This document shows positions 38,990 through 50,677 of a stretch of 64,000 nucleotides of DNA, in pieces (the first letter of the stretch is position 1; each line of letters starts with the position of its first letter). Both the position numbers and the translations under genes were made by a program. The notes beneath the pieces are model-generated. The model ran no database searches, was not told the origin of the DNA, and saw nothing but the letters and a program-made list of their open reading frames with translations. The DNA is from Candidatus Latescibacterota bacterium. GTDB taxonomy: Bacteria > Latescibacterota > UBA2968 > UBA8231. The stretch spans positions 4,488,175-4,552,174 of the forward strand of contig OZ244235.1 of the NCBI GenBank assembly GCA_965217095.1, given 5' to 3'.

Positions 38990-39250
38990 CGAGGCCATTC
39001 GTCAGCTGTTGCTGCGAGTGGCTGATGAGAAGCAGCTCCCATTCACTTGGCGCCGAGTCGGTCTGCCGCAGCGGATCAAGCGCTGGTCGCTGATGAGTCT
39101 GCAGCACCGGCTCGTGAAGACCGGTGGACAGCTCGTGAAGCATGCGCGCTACTAACTGGTTACTCTTGGCAGAGGGGCATCTCCACCGGCGGCTGTTCAG
39201 CGACATGTTGCGCAGGCTTTGGGCGCTGCCCCTGCCGGCAGGATAGAGGG
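38990..39250 (+). pseudogene. IS1380/IS4-like transposase C-terminal fragment.
   Basis: SLMSLQHRLVKTGGQLVKHARY(*)LLLAEGHLHRRLFSDMLRRLWALPLP resembles the conserved C-terminal helix (L.LRLLKIGA.V.R.ARR…) of IS1380-type transposases. Confidence 0.3.
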
Positions 39251-39476
39251 CAACCGGCTGACCGACATCCGGCGAAGAGACGGCGACGAGCGCGGGAGTG
39301 TCGGCAAAATGTTTCCGAAAAACGGTTCCGGCGGCGACGCGGCCGGAGATTGCGGCGCGTGGGAGCTGGACGAACGTGCGACGAAGCAATCTGGCCATGC
39401 GGAGCGGGGATGGGTGTACAAGGGACCTGATGCAGGCAGCCAAAATGGAAATTCCGGTTAATTAGGGGAGGTAGTC

Positions 39477-40364
39477 ATGCGTCTCGCCTCACTCATTGCG
39501 TCAGCCGCCGGTATCCTGGTGCTCTTGTCGGCCTCCGGCGTGTCGGCCCAGAGCGCAGCCGAGAAGCCGCGCTCTGGGTGGTACGTCGGCGGCGGCATCG
39601 GGGCCACCTGGCCATCGAACCTCGCACAGAGCGGCTGGAATCGGGATCCGATCTGCTATCCGACCGACGCGTGCTTCGACCAGGATCCCAGGCCCGGGAT
39701 TTCCGGATACCGCTGGCACTACGACCTCGCCGCGGCCACCGGACCCGTGTTCGAGCTCTCGACCGGCCTGTTCGTCGATCGCGCGCGCGTGGAGCTGTCG
39801 TTCGGGCAGCGGTGGAACGACCTCGATCAGATGTTCCTCAGCGTCACCGACTACGAGGGGGTGGCCATGGCGGATCGGGTCAACAGTACGGTCACGTCTG
39901 ACACCCGGTCGTCGATCGACCATCTGGCCGTGCGCATGCTGACGGTCAACGCGTACTACGATTTTGCTGCCGGGTCCGTGGTCTCGCCGTATCTGGGCGC
40001 CGGGGTGGGGCCCGCGTTCGTCACGGTGGCCGGCGTGCGGTTCTCGGACGAGTACAGGGACACGGCCATCAACGGCGATGTCTACGATCCGCTCCTGTCG
40101 TTCTACAACGCCAGCCTGGACGCCGACCTGTCCGACACGGTGCTGGCGGGGCACCTGCACGCGGGCGCCGACGTCCGTATTGCCGACAGGACCTGGCTGG
40201 GGCTGAAGATGACCTACTCGATGCTGGACGATATCGAGACCCGCGGCGGATACGACCTGCACGCCGCTAACGCGCTGGACCCGGACTTCGAGTACCACGA
40301 CACGTTCGCCGCCTCGCGCTCCTGGACGCTGATGTTCACGGGCAAGTACGCCTTCGACAACTGA
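39477..40364 (+). CDS. Outer-membrane beta-barrel protein (OmpW/OmpA-like).
   Basis: SD GGGGAGG. Signal peptide MRLASLIASAAGILVLLSASGVSAQS. C-terminal …LMFTGKYAFDN. Confidence 0.6.
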   Translation: MRLASLIASAAGILVLLSASGVSAQSAAEKPRSGWYVGGGIGATWPSNLAQSGWNRDPICYPTDACFDQDPRPGISGYRWHYDLAAATGPVFELSTGLFVDRARVELSFGQRWNDLDQMFLSVTDYEGVAMADRVNSTVTSDTRSSIDHLAVRMLTVNAYYDFAAGSVVSPYLGAGVGPAFVTVAGVRFSDEYRDTAINGDVYDPLLSFYNASLDADLSDTVLAGHLHAGADVRIADRTWLGLKMTYSMLDDIETRGGYDLHAANALDPDFEYHDTFAASRSWTLMFTGKYAFDN

Positions 40365-40481
40365 GCCCGGAAAGTCCAGTATGGTCCCGTTCATTCCGTT
40401 AAAGAATGGAGGTAAAAATGAGGGGATAGAGTTTTCTTATCTTACATAATATTTTATTTATAAAGGGGTTACAGAACATAT

Positions 40482-40574
<93 letters not shown>

Positions 40575-40604
40575 CTAAGGTGTAACGCAAGCCGGGCAAT
40601 CAAT

Positions 40605-40692
40605 TGGCGGAGGGTGAGGGACTCGAACCCTCAAGGGCGTGAGCCCGGCGGTTTTCAAGACCGCTGCCTTACCAATTAGGTCTAACCCTCCA
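40605..40692 (-). tRNA. tRNA-Ser (anticodon UGA), class II. CCA encoded.
   Basis: Reverse complement GGAGGGTTAGACCTAATTGGTAAGGCAGCGGTCTTGAAAACCGCCGGGCTCACGCCCTTGAGGGTTCGAGTCCCTCACCCTCCGCCA. Confidence 0.75.
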
Positions 40693-40736
40693 CAAAGACT
40701 CAGCTTTACAAAATATATAAGGGCTGATTTTAAGCG

Positions 40737-43238
40737 TCAACCCGGTGGCGGCTCGACCTCTTCCTGGCCATTCGGGCTCGCAATCTCGTCGTCGGCATCA
40801 TCGTCCGCATCGTCGTTCTGAACCACGCGCGTTATGTCGATTACGCGATCGCCCGAGTCCAGATTAATGACGCGAACTCCTTGGGTGTTGCGCCCGATCG
40901 CCGATATGCCGGTAACCGGCAGGCGAATAACGATGCCGTTGGCGCTGACGATCATCACCTCGTCTTCCTCCTGCACCTCGAGACAGGCCACCACCCCACC
41001 GTTGCGATCGGTGGTCTTTATATCAATGACTCCCTTGCCGCCACGGTGGATCGCCGGGTATTCGGCGGTATCGGTGCGTTTGCCGTAGCCGTTTTCGCAG
41101 ACGGTAAGTAGCGCCGCATCTTTCTCGACCACAACCATATCCACCACCGCATCACGCGCGGCGAGAGAGATTCCCTTAACACCCGTTGAGGCGCGGCCTA
41201 CGGGCCGGACCTCCCCTTCGTTAAAGCGGACGCACATGCCGGTCTGGGTCGCCAGCAGAATATGCTGCGAGCCATCGGTGACCGACGCTCCAATCAGCGC
41301 GTCGTTTTCCTGGATGCGCAGGGCGCGGATTCCGTCTCGGCGAATATTCTTGTAAGCCGACAGGACCGTCTTCTTGACGATGCCGCCCCGCGTCGCCGTA
41401 AACAGAAAGCGATCGTCGGCAAACTCTTGCACCGGTACGACAGCGGCGATCTTCTCCTCGGATTCGAGCATCAACAGGTTTACGACACTGCGTCCCCTGG
41501 AGGCGCGCTCGCCCTCGGGAATACGGTATACTTTCAACCAATGGCAACGCCCGTTGGTGGTGAGGAACATGAGATAGGCGTGGGTCGAGGCAACGAACAG
41601 GTGCTCGACGAAGTCTTCTTCCTTAGGTTTCATGCCGGTGACACCCCGGCCCCCGCGGTTTTGGGTACGGTAGGCTTTGGGCGACATCCGCTTGATGTAC
41701 CCCGAACGCGAAATGGTCACTACCATTTCCTCTTCCTGGATAAGGTCTTCCAGGTCGAACTCTTCAGCGGAATAGACGATCTCGGTGCGTCGGTCGTCGC
41801 CGAAACGCTCCTTGATTTCGCGAATCTCATTCTTGATGATGTGCATCTGCTCGTCGCGGCTCGACAACACCGAGCGCAGCCGTTCGACGAACTTGAGCAG
41901 GCCGCTGTATTCGGTGTCGATCTTGTCCTGTTCGAGGTTGGTCAGACGTTGCAACGGCATGCTCAGAATCGCCTGGCTTTGAATCTCGCTCAGTTCGAAC
42001 CGCTGCATCAGGGCCTGTTTGGCCTCCTCTGGGTTACGCGAGGCGCGAATCAACCAAATGACTTCGTCGATTTCCCGCAAAGCGATGCGCAAGCCCGCTA
42101 GTACGTGCGCGCGCGCTTCGGCTTTCCCTAGCTCGAAACGGGTGCGCCGCAGTACGACCTGATGGCGATGGTCCACGTAGTGGTGGAGCATCGCCTTGAG
42201 GTTCAACACCTTCGGCTTGGCGTTGATGATCGCCAGCATGTTTACGCCGAAGGTGGTCTGCAGCATGCTGTGGGAGAACAGCTGATTCAACACCACCTCG
42301 GCGTGGGCATCGCGCTTGAGTTCGAAGACGATGCGCAGACCGGCGCGCCCCGACTCGTCGCGGATGTTGGAGATCCCTTCGACGGTCTTGTCGCGTACCA
42401 GATCGGCGATCTTCTCCAACAGGTTCGATTTATCGACCAGAAACGGGATTTCGGTTACGATCAGGTTTTCGCGCCCGTTCTTGAGGGTTTCGACCTCGGT
42501 CCGAGCGCGGAGGTAGATCATGCCGCGTCCACTCAGATAGGCCTGCTGGACGCCGGTTATTCCGTGGATAACGCCGCCGGTGGGGAAGTCGGGGGCTTTG
42601 ATATGTTCCATCAAGCCGCCGATGGTGATGTCGGGTTCGTCGATCAACGCGATTAGCGCATCCGCAACCTCGGAGACGTTGTGGGGCGGGATCTTGGTCG
42701 CCATGCCGACGGCAATGCCAACTGAGCCATTGCACAGCAGGTTGGGGAACTTGGCCGGCAACACGATCGGTTCGTTTCGAGTCTCGTCGTAGTTGCCTTG
42801 AAAATCTACCGTGTCCTTTTCCAGGTCCTCCAGAAGCTGCATCGCCGGCCAGCTTAAACGCGACTCGGTGTAGCGCATGGCGGCGGGCGGGTATCCGTCG
42901 ATGGACCCGAAGTTTCCTTGGCCGTCCACCAGGGGGTAACGCAAGCGGAAATCCTGCGCCATGTGCACTAGGGTCGGGTACACGATCATTTCGCCGTGCG
43001 GGTGATAATTCCCGGAGGTGTCGCCGGCGATCTTGGCACACTTGCGGAATCCACGGTTGGGGGCCAGGCTTAAATCGTTCATGGCAACCAGAATACGTCG
43101 CTGGGACGGCTTGAGCCCGTCCCGCACGTCCGGAAGCGCGCGCGCCATGATCACGCTCATGGAATAGTCAAGAAACGAGGTCTTTAGCTCGTCTTCGATC
43201 TTGACCGCTACGATCCGGGTTTCCGGTTGTTCCAGCAT
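40737..43238 (-). CDS. gyrA: DNA gyrase subunit A (833 aa) with an acidic C-terminal tail.
   Basis: [50 protein letters not shown]…. C-terminal [12 protein letters not shown]. Confidence 0.95.
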   Translation of the reverse strand: MLEQPETRIVAVKIEDELKTSFLDYSMSVIMARALPDVRDGLKPSQRRILVAMNDLSLAPNRGFRKCAKIAGDTSGNYHPHGEMIVYPTLVHMAQDFRLRYPLVDGQGNFGSIDGYPPAAMRYTESRLSWPAMQLLEDLEKDTVDFQGNYDETRNEPIVLPAKFPNLLCNGSVGIAVGMATKIPPHNVSEVADALIALIDEPDITIGGLMEHIKAPDFPTGGVIHGITGVQQAYLSGRGMIYLRARTEVETLKNGRENLIVTEIPFLVDKSNLLEKIADLVRDKTVEGISNIRDESGRAGLRIVFELKRDAHAEVVLNQLFSHSMLQTTFGVNMLAIINAKPKVLNLKAMLHHYVDHRHQVVLRRTRFELGKAEARAHVLAGLRIALREIDEVIWLIRASRNPEEAKQALMQRFELSEIQSQAILSMPLQRLTNLEQDKIDTEYSGLLKFVERLRSVLSSRDEQMHIIKNEIREIKERFGDDRRTEIVYSAEEFDLEDLIQEEEMVVTISRSGYIKRMSPKAYRTQNRGGRGVTGMKPKEEDFVEHLFVASTHAYLMFLTTNGRCHWLKVYRIPEGERASRGRSVVNLLMLESEEKIAAVVPVQEFADDRFLFTATRGGIVKKTVLSAYKNIRRDGIRALRIQENDALIGASVTDGSQHILLATQTGMCVRFNEGEVRPVGRASTGVKGISLAARDAVVDMVVVEKDAALLTVCENGYGKRTDTAEYPAIHRGGKGVIDIKTTDRNGGVVACLEVQEEDEVMIVSANGIVIRLPVTGISAIGRNTQGVRVINLDSGDRVIDITRVVQNDDADDDADDEIASPNGQEEVEPPPG

Positions 43239-43278
43239 CGTTGTCTATCTCTTAGGTTCTAGTGGAGTTCTTCATGGG

Positions 43279-45228
<1,950 letters not shown>

Positions 45229-45246
45229 CTAGTGCTGTTCCTCCAC

Positions 45247-45639
45247 CTAACGGGCCTCGCGCGAGCCGCCGGTTGGTCTGCCGGCGGCGTTGACTCCGCG
45301 TCTGTGCGCAACGGTTACGAAGATCAGGTCTGTGACGATCTCCGACCCGGCCTCGGCGTTGATCCTCTTCAAGATTTCCCCCTTCATAAAGCTCAGTTGA
45401 CTGCTCCAAACCGGAGAGCTAACCGCAACCTCCATGCGCCCTCTTTTGATGCGCATCGGTTGTGCGTGCTGCGCCAACTGCTCGCCCACAGCCCTCTCCC
45501 AAGCCAGTTGCGCGCGGCATTCTGCCACCTTCTGCCCCAGTCCAAGTTCGGAGATTACGGCCTCGAGCAACCCCGAAAGCGCGACCGGCGCGCCGGCGGA
45601 ACGCTCATCCGGCGAGGCGGATTTCCGAAAATCGGTCAC
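45247..45639 (-). CDS. DUF721-domain protein (YaaA/DciA-like) between recF and gyrB.
   Basis: Size and position conserved in dnaA-dnaN-recF-gyrB clusters. It overlaps the recF 3' end. Confidence 0.6.
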   Translation of the reverse strand: MTDFRKSASPDERSAGAPVALSGLLEAVISELGLGQKVAECRAQLAWERAVGEQLAQHAQPMRIKRGRMEVAVSSPVWSSQLSFMKGEILKRINAEAGSEIVTDLIFVTVAHRRGVNAAGRPTGGSREAR

Positions 45640-46684
45640 GAACGGTAGGATCGAGCTGGTTGGGGGTGGTCAGCAGTACCTGGTCGAACTCGTCCAATTG
45701 AGTTAGTAGACGATCGACCCGCTGTTCGTCCAGTTCCGAAAACAGATCGTCGAGAAGCAGCACTGGTTTCTTGCCGGTGGACGCCTTGAGGTATTCGAAT
45801 TCCGCGATCTTCCAGGCAATCAAGGTTGTCTTCAGCTGGCCTTCCGAAGCAAAGTCGTGAGCGGCGGCCCCGTTAAGGGTGAAAACCAGATCGTCGCGAT
45901 GGGGACCGCACAGGGTGTGACCTTGGCGTCGTTCGGCCTCCCGCGTTTCCTGCAGTTGACTTTGCAGGCCATCTAGCTGGCTCCCGCTAGAGGCTAACGG
46001 ACCGCGATAACGCAGCTCAGCCACCTCCTCCGGGGGCGAAAAACGGCTGTAGGCATCGCCAAACGGAGCGGACAACTGCTCTAGTGCACGCAAGCGCCGT
46101 TGCCGAATGCCGGCTCCCAGTGCACAAAACTGCCCTTCCCACGCCTCGACCGCACTCGAGTCCGGGCCGGTTCCGAAGTGTGCGGTTCGCAACGCCCGAT
46201 TGCGTTGGGCTAACACCCGGTTGTACTGCTGCAAGTCATGTAGGTAAGAGGTCGATGCCTGAGAGATGAGGATGTCGAGGGCGCGGCGGCGTTCGGCGGG
46301 GAACCGCAAAACCATCGAGACATCTTCAGGAGCGAAGTGGACAGTCATGAACCTTCCCACGAGGTCCGATACGCGGGCCAACGGCAACTCGTCGCAAAAA
46401 CTCTTCTTTCCCGAGCTCTTGGCATAATAGATCCTCAGCTGGTGCTCACTCTCACCGTCGCTGCAAGAAGCTTCGACGTCAAAATGTTCACCGCCGTGGG
46501 GAATGGCCATCTGATCCCGCGATCCCCGCACCGATTTTCCAATCGACAAATACGATATCGCTTCCAGGATGTTGCTTTTGCCGATCCCATTGGCACCCGA
46601 GATAAGCAGGCGGTCAGCATCCACTGTAAGGCGTTTATCTGCGAAATTACGAAACGGCTTGAGGGTTATTTCGCGAATCCTCAA
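45605..46684 (-). CDS. recF: DNA replication/repair protein RecF.
   Basis: MRIREITLKPFRNF…ISGANGIGKSNILEAISYLSIGKS (Walker A). Confidence 0.9.
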   Translation of the reverse strand: MRIREITLKPFRNFADKRLTVDADRLLISGANGIGKSNILEAISYLSIGKSVRGSRDQMAIPHGGEHFDVEASCSDGESEHQLRIYYAKSSGKKSFCDELPLARVSDLVGRFMTVHFAPEDVSMVLRFPAERRRALDILISQASTSYLHDLQQYNRVLAQRNRALRTAHFGTGPDSSAVEAWEGQFCALGAGIRQRRLRALEQLSAPFGDAYSRFSPPEEVAELRYRGPLASSGSQLDGLQSQLQETREAERRQGHTLCGPHRDDLVFTLNGAAAHDFASEGQLKTTLIAWKIAEFEYLKASTGKKPVLLLDDLFSELDEQRVDRLLTQLDEFDQVLLTTPNQLDPTVRDRFSEIRLAG

Positions 46685-46698
46685 CGCGGCTGCGTATC

Positions 46699-47865
46699 CT
46701 AGCCACTCGGTCTCAGAGGCATCAAGAGACAGAAGTAGTCCTCGTCCGGTCCTTGGTCCACTGGTCGCAAGAGCGCTGCTGTAACGGGGTTGTTGAGCGC
46801 GAAACGCACCTCATTGGAATCTATCTTGCGCAAGATCTCCAGGAGGTAGGTAGCGTTGAACCCGATCTCCATTTCTTCGTCTTGGTAAACCGCCGGCAAT
46901 TGCTCCCTCGCTTCTCCTCCGAGTTCCTGGCTGGAGGCGGAAAGCTCGACGCTGCTGGCCCCAAGTCGCATGCGCACTTGGCGCGTGTAGCTGCTTGAAA
47001 GAATGGATACTCGGCGTACAGTAGGTAATAACTGTTCGTTTGAGATGCGAAGTTCCTTGTGGTTGTCTTTGGGGATAACCTGACCATAATCGACGTATGG
47101 GCCCTCGATAAGGCGCGTTAGCAGCCTTGTCTCTCCCATATCGAAGAGAACTTGGCTTCGATCCAGGGTCACGTGCTCTACCTCGTGCTGTTTACCCACA
47201 AGTTTCACAATCTGTGCCAGAGATTGCGGCGTCACGATAACTTCTGACGCCTCCTGACCCCGTAACTGGTCTTTGAGGTCGAGATTGCGGCGATAATAGG
47301 CCAAACGCGAACCGTCGGTGGCCACCATATCCATACCGTCTTCAGCGATGCGCCAGAACACGCCGTTGAGGACCGGCCGAGTATCATCCTTCGATACCGC
47401 AAAGGCTGTCTTTTCGATCATTTTGCTCAAACTGTCGCCATCAATGGCCGGTAGTTGGGTCCAATCAATGGAGAGGCCATCAAGGGACGTAGGCATTTCC
47501 GGAAATTCCTCAGCGGGAATCCCCGACAAGGTGTAAGCGCCTTCGCCACCTACATCCGTCCCCAACCGCCCCGAAAGCTGGATCCTATCTCCCTCGACGA
47601 GAACATCCAAAACGGTTTCTGGCCATTCGCGCGCTATCTCTGCCAGGGTTCGAGCTGGGACCGTGACGGTACCTCCCTGCTCAATGGTAGCCGCCACGCT
47701 GGTTTTGATCGAAAGATCCAGATCGGTCGCCGCCAATGAAAGTCGATCGCCTTCCGCACTCAACAGGAGATTGGAAAGTATAGGCATGGCCGGCTTTGCC
47801 GGAACTACATCTAGTACCGTTTCGATACCACGCCACAACTCGTTGCGTTCGACGGTCAATTTCAT
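46699..47865 (-). CDS. dnaN: DNA polymerase III beta sliding clamp.
   Basis: MKLTVERNELWRGIETVLDVVPAKPAMPILSNLLLSAEGDRLSLAATDLDLSIKT. Confidence 0.9.
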   Translation of the reverse strand: MKLTVERNELWRGIETVLDVVPAKPAMPILSNLLLSAEGDRLSLAATDLDLSIKTSVAATIEQGGTVTVPARTLAEIAREWPETVLDVLVEGDRIQLSGRLGTDVGGEGAYTLSGIPAEEFPEMPTSLDGLSIDWTQLPAIDGDSLSKMIEKTAFAVSKDDTRPVLNGVFWRIAEDGMDMVATDGSRLAYYRRNLDLKDQLRGQEASEVIVTPQSLAQIVKLVGKQHEVEHVTLDRSQVLFDMGETRLLTRLIEGPYVDYGQVIPKDNHKELRISNEQLLPTVRRVSILSSSYTRQVRMRLGASSVELSASSQELGGEAREQLPAVYQDEEMEIGFNATYLLEILRKIDSNEVRFALNNPVTAALLRPVDQGPDEDYFCLLMPLRPSG

Positions 47866-48383
47866 CGCTTGCCGCGCTGTCTAAATCCGAAGCTCAATTT
47901 GAAGGGGTGGGTAGGGAACCGTTGCAGTTATATAATAGGTATATAAACTTAGCCTGGGAATAACGCGATGTCAAGCAAGCATCAGGAGCGCCATACCTAG
48001 GAGAGACGCTGCATCAGTGAGTGTGGGGGCTGATCACATTTCGTTTGTACCACTTAAGTAGGTTATACACACCACTAGTAATTTTAGTACACAAAGATAT
48101 AGCTATGTTCTTTATCTAATAATAATAATAAGGCGCAAGAAAATGTGGATAACCCCGAGACACCCTAATTAGAAGGGCCTCAACCGCCTGATAATAATGA
48201 GTTTGTTTTGGGAACGACAAGAATATGGGGATGGGGGTCGATTGTGGACAAAGGGAGGTTTTCGAGGGTACCGGGATCACGCGACGAGAGATGGGAGAGG
48301 CTTTCCACATCTCCACAACGTTTCCACACCTTCACTAACGTAAGATGTGGATGAGATGTGAATAACATAGCGCAGGAGATCGG
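47866..48383. promoter_or_regulatory. Candidate oriC in the dnaA–dnaN intergenic region. AT-rich with several DnaA boxes.
   Basis: Perfect TGTGGATAA at ~48141-48149. Near-consensus TGTGGATGA, TGTGAATAA, TGTGGACAA and TTTCCACAC boxes. AT-rich stretch …TCTTTATCTAATAATAATAATAAGG…. A TGTGGATTC box also lies upstream of dnaA at ~49890. Confidence 0.5.
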
Positions 48384-49793
48384 CTATCCCAGGGAGTACT
48401 TTTTCTCAAGCGACTCGGAAAGCTGCTCTACGACCACGGCAAAGGAACGATCAGCTTTGCACTTCGCTTCCACCGTTTGCACGGCGTGGATGACCGTGGT
48501 GTGGTCGCGATTGCCAAAGTGAAGACCGATCATCTTTAATGGATTCCGGGTAAAGCGTTTGGCCAAGAACATGGCGATTTGCCGGGCTTGAGCGACCTCC
48601 CGTTTGCGGGTCCTGCCGATCAGCAATTCAGGGGTCAAATCGAAATGTCGGGCTACTTGCTGCTGAATGGACTCAATGCTAAGCTCGGTCGACTGACTCG
48701 GTCCGCGCTCCTGCGCTATCCGCCGCGCTGCTTCGACGGTCAGCTCGGCGTGATTTACCGAGCAGTATGCCATTAGGTGGATCAGTGCACCCTCCAGTTC
48801 GCGAATGTTCGAGCTCACGTTGTTGGCCAGGAAAATGGCTACATCGTCGGCGAGAGGAATGTTGTTGATCTCTGCCTTCTGTTGCAGAATGGCGATGCGC
48901 GCTTCCAGATCCGGAGCGTCGATACTGGTGACCAGCCCCCATTGAAAACGTGAGATGAGGCGTTCTTCCAAGCCCTCCAGCTGGCCGGGGGGGCTGTCGC
49001 AGGTCATGACGATCTGTTTGCCGTTTTGATGCAACGCGTTGAAGGTGTGAAAGAACTCATTGCGGGTTTGCTCACCTTTGAGCAGGAACTGAATGTCGTC
49101 GACGAGGAGAATATCGGCCGAGCGGTAGCGGCGTTGAAAGTCTGCCGTGCTCTGATTGCGGATGGCTTCAATGAAATCGCTCATGAATTTCTCCGAAGCC
49201 ACGTAGGTAACCTGATTTGCGGTTTTGCGGTCCAACGCGTCGTGACCGATGGCCTGCAGCAGATGGGTCTTGCCGAGACCAACGCCGCCGTAGATAACAA
49301 GCGGGTTAAACTGCGTCTTGCCGGGCGACTTGGCCACCGCCCATGAGGCCGCGTGGGCGAACCGGTTGAACTCGCCGATGACGAAGGTGTCGAAGGTGTA
49401 GCGTTCATTCAGCGAGCTTGACGTACCGCCGGCCGTTACCTGCGCGGGATGCAGGTGCGGCAGCTCCAGCTGCTCAGCGTCTAATTCTTGATCCGGGGTG
49501 TTTTCTGAAGGCTTTGATTCCGCCGTCGCCGAGGATTGATCTCTTTCGGAAACAATAAAAGAAATCTTTGGCTGCAGTTGTGTTACTTCGAGGACGACGC
49601 TACTAATTAGGCTGAGATAGTTGCTTTCAACCCAGTCCGCAAAGTAGGTACTTGAGACTTCGACTTCGAGACAGTCGCGGTCAAAACGGCGGGCTGTCGT
49701 CGGCCGAAACCAAGTATTAAAACTCTGCGGTCTGACGCGCTGCTCAACGCTGAGCAGACAACGAGCCCACAATTCTTCAGGATCTTGTGACAT
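48384..49793 (-). CDS. dnaA: Chromosomal replication initiator DnaA (469 aa).
   Basis: AAA+ motifs IYGGVGLGKTHLLQAIG and LLVDDIQFL. C-terminal DNA-binding domain. Confidence 0.95.
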   Translation of the reverse strand: MSQDPEELWARCLLSVEQRVRPQSFNTWFRPTTARRFDRDCLEVEVSSTYFADWVESNYLSLISSVVLEVTQLQPKISFIVSERDQSSATAESKPSENTPDQELDAEQLELPHLHPAQVTAGGTSSSLNERYTFDTFVIGEFNRFAHAASWAVAKSPGKTQFNPLVIYGGVGLGKTHLLQAIGHDALDRKTANQVTYVASEKFMSDFIEAIRNQSTADFQRRYRSADILLVDDIQFLLKGEQTRNEFFHTFNALHQNGKQIVMTCDSPPGQLEGLEERLISRFQWGLVTSIDAPDLEARIAILQQKAEINNIPLADDVAIFLANNVSSNIRELEGALIHLMAYCSVNHAELTVEAARRIAQERGPSQSTELSIESIQQQVARHFDLTPELLIGRTRKREVAQARQIAMFLAKRFTRNPLKMIGLHFGNRDHTTVIHAVQTVEAKCKADRSFAVVVEQLSESLEKKYSLG

Positions 49794-49998
49794 GCGTGTA
49801 AATTATATTCGGCGAGGAGCGCAAACCTATAGTCCGCAGGTGCGAACGTCAAGATATCTTTTGCCTATTTGTGCAAATCGCATCGTTTGACACGTTATGT
49901 GGATTCTCTATATTGTTTGGCTTCAATCTGATTGGGGCGATCGCTCCGACGAAATATTTTTTCGATGAAAACGCGCGTCCTTAGATAAGAAGAGCTTC

Positions 49999-50133
49999 GT
50001 GAAGCGAACATATCAACCAAGTAGACGCAAACGCCGCAACAAACATGGGTTCCGCAAACGCATGAAAACGGCGTCGGGCCGAGCTATCATAAACCGTCGT
50101 CGTCGGCGCGGACGCAAACGGCTCGCCGTATAA
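49999..50133 (+). CDS. rpmH: 50S ribosomal protein L34 (GTG start).
   Basis: (M)[43 protein letters not shown]. Confidence 0.85.
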   Translation: MKRTYQPSRRKRRNKHGFRKRMKTASGRAIINRRRRRGRKRLAV

Positions 50134-50154
50134 ATCGATCGCCGCAGCGGATGT

Positions 50155-50418
50155 ATGGGCTGGATCAAGGGCCAACATCTGTGGATGCGCTCTGGGCGCG
50201 AATCCGAGGGAGTCGTGCTGGTTGTCCGGAAGAAGCTGGGCAATGCCGTGCGGCGAAATCGGTTGAAACGCCGGCTGCGGAGCATTCACCGACAGCTCAA
50301 ACCCCACCCGCTTGGCAGCGTTGTTGTTCTCGCCCAAACCAACGCCACAGAAACTCCCTACGATCAGCTCGAATCGGAGTTCGCGCGTTTGCTTTCCCAA
50401 CTCTACATCGCCCGGTGA
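50155..50418 (+). CDS. rnpA: RNase P protein component. Short form: the maximum N-terminal extension is limited by the rpmH stop.
   Basis: VVLVVRKKLGNAVRRNRLKRRLR motif. Position between rpmH and yidD. Confidence 0.75.
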   Translation: MGWIKGQHLWMRSGRESEGVVLVVRKKLGNAVRRNRLKRRLRSIHRQLKPHPLGSVVVLAQTNATETPYDQLESEFARLLSQLYIAR

Positions 50419-50421
50419 CGC

Positions 50422-50628
50422 ATGCTACGCTGTTTCGTTTTCCTCATTAGAATCTATTCGCTCTGTGCATCGCCTTTCCTACCACCCGTCTGTCGCTTTC
50501 AGCCAACCTGCTCCGAATACGCCGTTCAGGTGCTGGAAAAGTACGGGGTTGTACGGGGTGGCTGGCTAACCTGGAGGCGGCTGCTGCGATGCCACCCCTG
50601 GGGTGGTCACGGGTTCGACCCGTCCTAG
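50422..50628 (+). CDS. yidD: Membrane protein insertion efficiency factor YidD.
   Basis: [17 protein letters not shown]…W…RLLRCHPW. Confidence 0.85.
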   Translation: MLRCFVFLIRIYSLCASPFLPPVCRFQPTCSEYAVQVLEKYGVVRGGWLTWRRLLRCHPWGGHGFDPS

Positions 50629-50677
50629 AATCATGAGAACAGGGACCTCATGAAACCGAGCCAAACCAGGTAGATTC

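Noticed and set aside
40605-40692. tRNA-Sec (selenocysteine) interpretation of the second long-variable-arm tRNA
   Set aside because: The anticodon loop reads CU-UGA-AA, giving anticodon UGA (decodes UCA = Ser), not UCA. The acceptor stem is 7 bp, so a second tRNA-Ser is preferred.
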